The notes under the pieces are model-generated. The model searched no databases, was not told the DNA's origin, and saw only the letters and a list, made by a program, of their open reading frames with translations. From positions 1 through 64,000 of the forward strand of contig DF237285.1 of the NCBI GenBank assembly GCA_000708835.1: DNA of 64,000 nt, given 5' to 3'. Positions 60,538-64,000 of this stretch are shown in pieces; the first letter of the stretch is position 1; every line of letters starts with the position of its first letter. The position numbers were made by a program, and so were the translations under genes. This stretch comes from Klebsormidium nitens. Taxonomy: Eukaryota; Plantae; Klebsormidiophyceae.

Positions 60538-63500
60538 ATGGGCAGAGTGATCCCCCGCAATGGGAGCGGCCCGCTTGCGATGGGCACCCATCACCTGTTG
60601 CAAGATCAAGCGGCAGATCTGCCGGACGAAGATGGGGTCATGTTTGAGGATGCAATTGCCGGTGTGGAGAGCCTTGACTATGAAGTTGTGGAGAGCTTTG
60701 TCAACCGAGAAAACCAGGTGGGCATCAAATGGTCTAGTGCTGTTTTATGAGCATGTCATACTTTGTCGGCCATGTGGGCATGCAAGGTTTGGGCTGGGGG
60801 CATCAATTGTGTGACGCTATTTATCGGCCATTCTGAAATTTTCAACCGATTTTACAGTGGTTTATTGGCGGCCAACGCTAAATCTGGGCAGCTCACAAAA
60901 ACATGGTTCTCTGTGATATTTTCATCCTTTGTTGCTTGAGATTACGGATCAAAGTACTTTGGGTTTTCCTCCTTGGCACTGGAGACCTCTCCTGTGGTTC
61001 ATGACTGCTTTCTGGTGCCGGTTCAAAGCTGAGCGCCTCTTTACTTGATTTTAGAACATTTAGAACTTTCCATCAACGATCTCAGTTGAGGACTGCTCGT
61101 TGCTTCATCAACGCTCCCCATTCACCACCAATTCCCACAGGCCCATATAATGCAATCTGTAACACCCTTGTGCGAAATTCCTTGGGGTCACAAATAAACA
61201 GACGCATCAAGCGCAATTCCAACCACATGTGGAAGAGTCACTCCATCTCTGGTTGTTTTGGGGCTACCTTCTAAAAGTATTTTGAAAGTAAGGAGCAGCA
61301 GCTATCTCTAGCGCAATCGTGGCACGCCTCCAGTGCTGGACAAATGTTTACTCTCCATGAGGGTCCCAACAGCATTTCATATGCCCCCCACAATTGATGG
61401 AATTTTGTCTTGAGTCATTTTGGGCGGTGGCATCAAGAGTACGTTTTCGATACATCAGCCGATCAGCCCACCACCTCCTTGTCTGATGAAACTGTGTCTA
61501 ACCAGTGCGCTTCGCCGCTGCTGTACAGGCCCGGAAGGGCTTCGTCGAGCAGGCAACGTATGTGGCTTTGAAGTGGCTGCTCGCACTGCTCATTGGAATT
61601 GGTACGTGGCATGACCGCTTCCCCTGGTGCACATTGCTTGGTATTCGTATGTTTTCTTTAGAGCTAGAGCCAGTGACTTTGATATGCTAGAAGAAGCCTG
61701 CATGAGGGTCATGTCTAGTATTAGATTTTCATCCTATGTAGTGAAGATAGACCAACTCAGGTCACTCGTGGGTGACAGAAAGTCAGGCTAAATCAGCCCT
61801 CCTTAACCAATCTGGTTTTCTAATTATGAACCTGCTGAACTCAGCCTATCTTAGTTAAGTCCATACCCTGCTAACCCTGCATAACCCAACATTGTGACCT
61901 GCAGCCACGGGCCTGGCCATCTGGTTCATCAACCTCTCCGTCGAGAACTTCGCCGGGTTCAAGTTCTCGGTCACCTTCGCCGCGATGCGCTTCTCGTACT
62001 TCCTCTCGTTCCTAGTTTACGCCGCGTTCAACACCACTCTCGTCCTCATGTCCGCCGTCGTTGTCTGTTACTACGCCCCCGCGTCCGCCGGCTCCGGCAT
62101 CCCCGAAATAAAGGGTTATCTTAACGGCATTGACATGCCCGGTGAGTCATCTCGGGTCCTGAGAACGTACCCAGTCACGCGTGTCTGCCAGTTGGCAGTT
62201 TGCCCAAGGGCCCCAGAACTGTTTCGAGTCAGAGACCGATGGGTTAGTGCTGCGCCCCAAGAAAGAAAATTAATAAATTGCCAAAATAGAATAAGACTCA
62301 TTCTTGCATCTGCTGATCAGCCGCCCTGGTCCGTCGTACTTAAAGGAACGACCATCTATTCGCTACTGAGCTTAACGGGATTGAGTGATTGAAAACATCG
62401 GATTAGCACTCTTGCAGATGTCAGACTTGCAGCCGTCGAAATAATGTTAAGATAATCAATGATACGAAAGCCGTGTGCCGCTGCAGGCATCCTACTCGCC
62501 CGCACTCTGGTGGGGAAAGTCGTGGGCAGCATCGGCAGCGTGGCGGGGGGGTTGGCGCTGGGCAAAGAAGGCCCCCTGGTGCACACGGGCGCATGTATCG
62601 CATCGCTGCTGGGGCAAGGGGGGTCCACCAAGTACCACGTGTCGTCGCACTGGGTGCGCCTCTTCAAGAACGACCGCGACCGGCGAGACCTGGTGAGTGG
62701 GGGCCATCGTTCTAGTCTGACTCGTTTCATGAAGAAGTATGCCACGTTTCATTCTAATTGCTCTTAGCTGCAATTTGCCGCTTACTCGTAGTTACACGAA
62801 TTTGCGAATCGAAGCTGGTGACGCCCAGTCCCGACCAGAGCTGGTTTTGGGGATTGGCTAGCAACGTATGTTCGATCCAGGACGAACCCCAACCGTGGGG
62901 CCCAATCAACTCCCAACAGTATCTTTTTCTGAACGAACGCCTCACACTTGACCACGGGTCTGAGAAGCTGTACGCTAAAATCGTACAATTTACTTTCGTC
63001 GAGGGCGCTGGACTAAAGATACCTGTTGCACGTCATAGGTGACCATTGGTTCCGCAGCGGGAGTCTCGGCGGCGTTCCGCGCTCCCGTTGGGGGCGTCCT
63101 GTTCGCTCTGGAGGAGATGTCGTCATGGTGGCGGCCCGCGCTCATGTGGCGCGTCTTCTTTGCGTCCGCAATCGTGGCAGTCACGGTACGGCGCTTTGCA
63201 ATGCCTTCTTCTACGAATTTCTATCAATGTCTGACGGCTTTTGTCCTCAGCATGTCAACGTGTAGGCTTTGAAATATTGGATCGATCTCAATAGCGGGCT
63301 GACAAAGATATCAGCTTCTTTTCACTGGATGCCGCGTTCTGATGAGTCGCAACCGAGTACTTCACGTGGGGCCAGCTCTGACGTAGAAGCGGGTGACACA
63401 GGAGGTTGCACATTCCGGTGTGCAGGCCAGCTGGGCACATTGAATTTGATTCCTTCCTTACGAACAAAGGCAATATGCATCCTGTTGGAGGAACCCCCCA

Positions 63501-64000
63501 CAAGCAAGTGGGAACACCTGTTCTGATCATCGTGCGCAGGGCCTCATCTTCTGCTCTTGTTGCACCAGGCGCACATAAATATAACCTCGCCGGCGAAGCC
63601 TTCGTATGCTGCCTAGTTGAGCGACCTTTTCGACATCTCGCCAGGTTCGTACGGCAATGGGCTGGTGCACGCTCAACATCTGCGGCCACTTTGGCTCGGG
63701 GGGCTACATCTTTCAAGCGCTGGGGACCGGCCTGCAAACATAACTCACAACAAGAGAAGAAAAGAAATCACAGAACACTTCAATACCTGACAAATCATGC
63801 ACCACTTATCTAGGTGTGCACGCGATGGGTTGGTGCACGCAAAATAACTGCGGCCACTTCGGCTCGTGGGGGTAATCGTCGAAGCAGCCTGCAAAATACT
63901 CCACCGGCCTGCAAAGCACCTCGCCGAATTTCAAAAATTCTCAAATTCTCAACATATCTATAATACTTCTAGGTGCGCACGGCAATGGGCTGGTGTGCGC
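60538..64000 (+). CDS. CLC: CLC-family chloride/proton antiporter (CLC-d-like), 5' part, truncated by the window end
   Basis: Exons 60538-60717, 61529-61601, 61905-62141, 62487-62692, 63039-63185, then probably 63973 onward. Motifs ESLDYE, GSGIPE (Ser selectivity filter), GKEGP (gating Glu), [14 protein letters not shown] (proton Glu), VRTAMGWC. Confidence 0.92.
63630..64000 (+). repeat. Three tandem copies (periods 169 and 159 bp) of a CLC acceptor plus exon start
   Basis: AG|GTTCGTACGGCAATGGGCTGGTGC (63645), AG|GTGTGCACGCGATGGGTTGGTGC (63814), AG|GTGCGCACGGCAATGGGCTGGTGT (63973). Confidence 0.9.

Overview
This is eukaryotic, intron-rich nuclear DNA. Gene content and style suggest a green alga or early streptophyte such as Klebsormidium, which is an inference only. 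I reconstructed eight spliced genes by hand with phase-consistent exons: a secreted DM13-DM13-DOMON-DOMON-cytochrome b561 protein (2922-14350, +), an orphan coiled-coil protein (25968-18880, -), plastid beta-ketoacyl-ACP synthase I (26595-33931, +), a TPR protein (43089-38995, -), a class I PITP (43677-46997, +), a BTB/POZ-BACK protein (48242-50234, +), a ~1840-aa coiled-coil protein (59207-51003, -) and the 5' part of a CLC transporter (60538 to the window end, +). There is also an intronless F-box gene, the frameshifted 3' end of a Ty3/Gypsy element with a PHD finger, two MITE-like elements with a shared core but different TIRs, and several orphan ORFs. The most striking unexplained pattern is 'exon-boundary echoes'. 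In three unrelated genes, splice junctions plus 12-100 nt of exon are tandemly re-copied into the flanking intron, mostly at ~100-190 bp spacing and in one case as a ~40-bp array. The copies often keep AG or GT, and in every case I translated, their use would lead to a stop or frameshift. A second oddity is a ~580-bp segment (17060-17642) whose dinucleotide biases are mirror-reversed, as if complemented without reversal. All alignments and counts were done by eye; no database searches were run.
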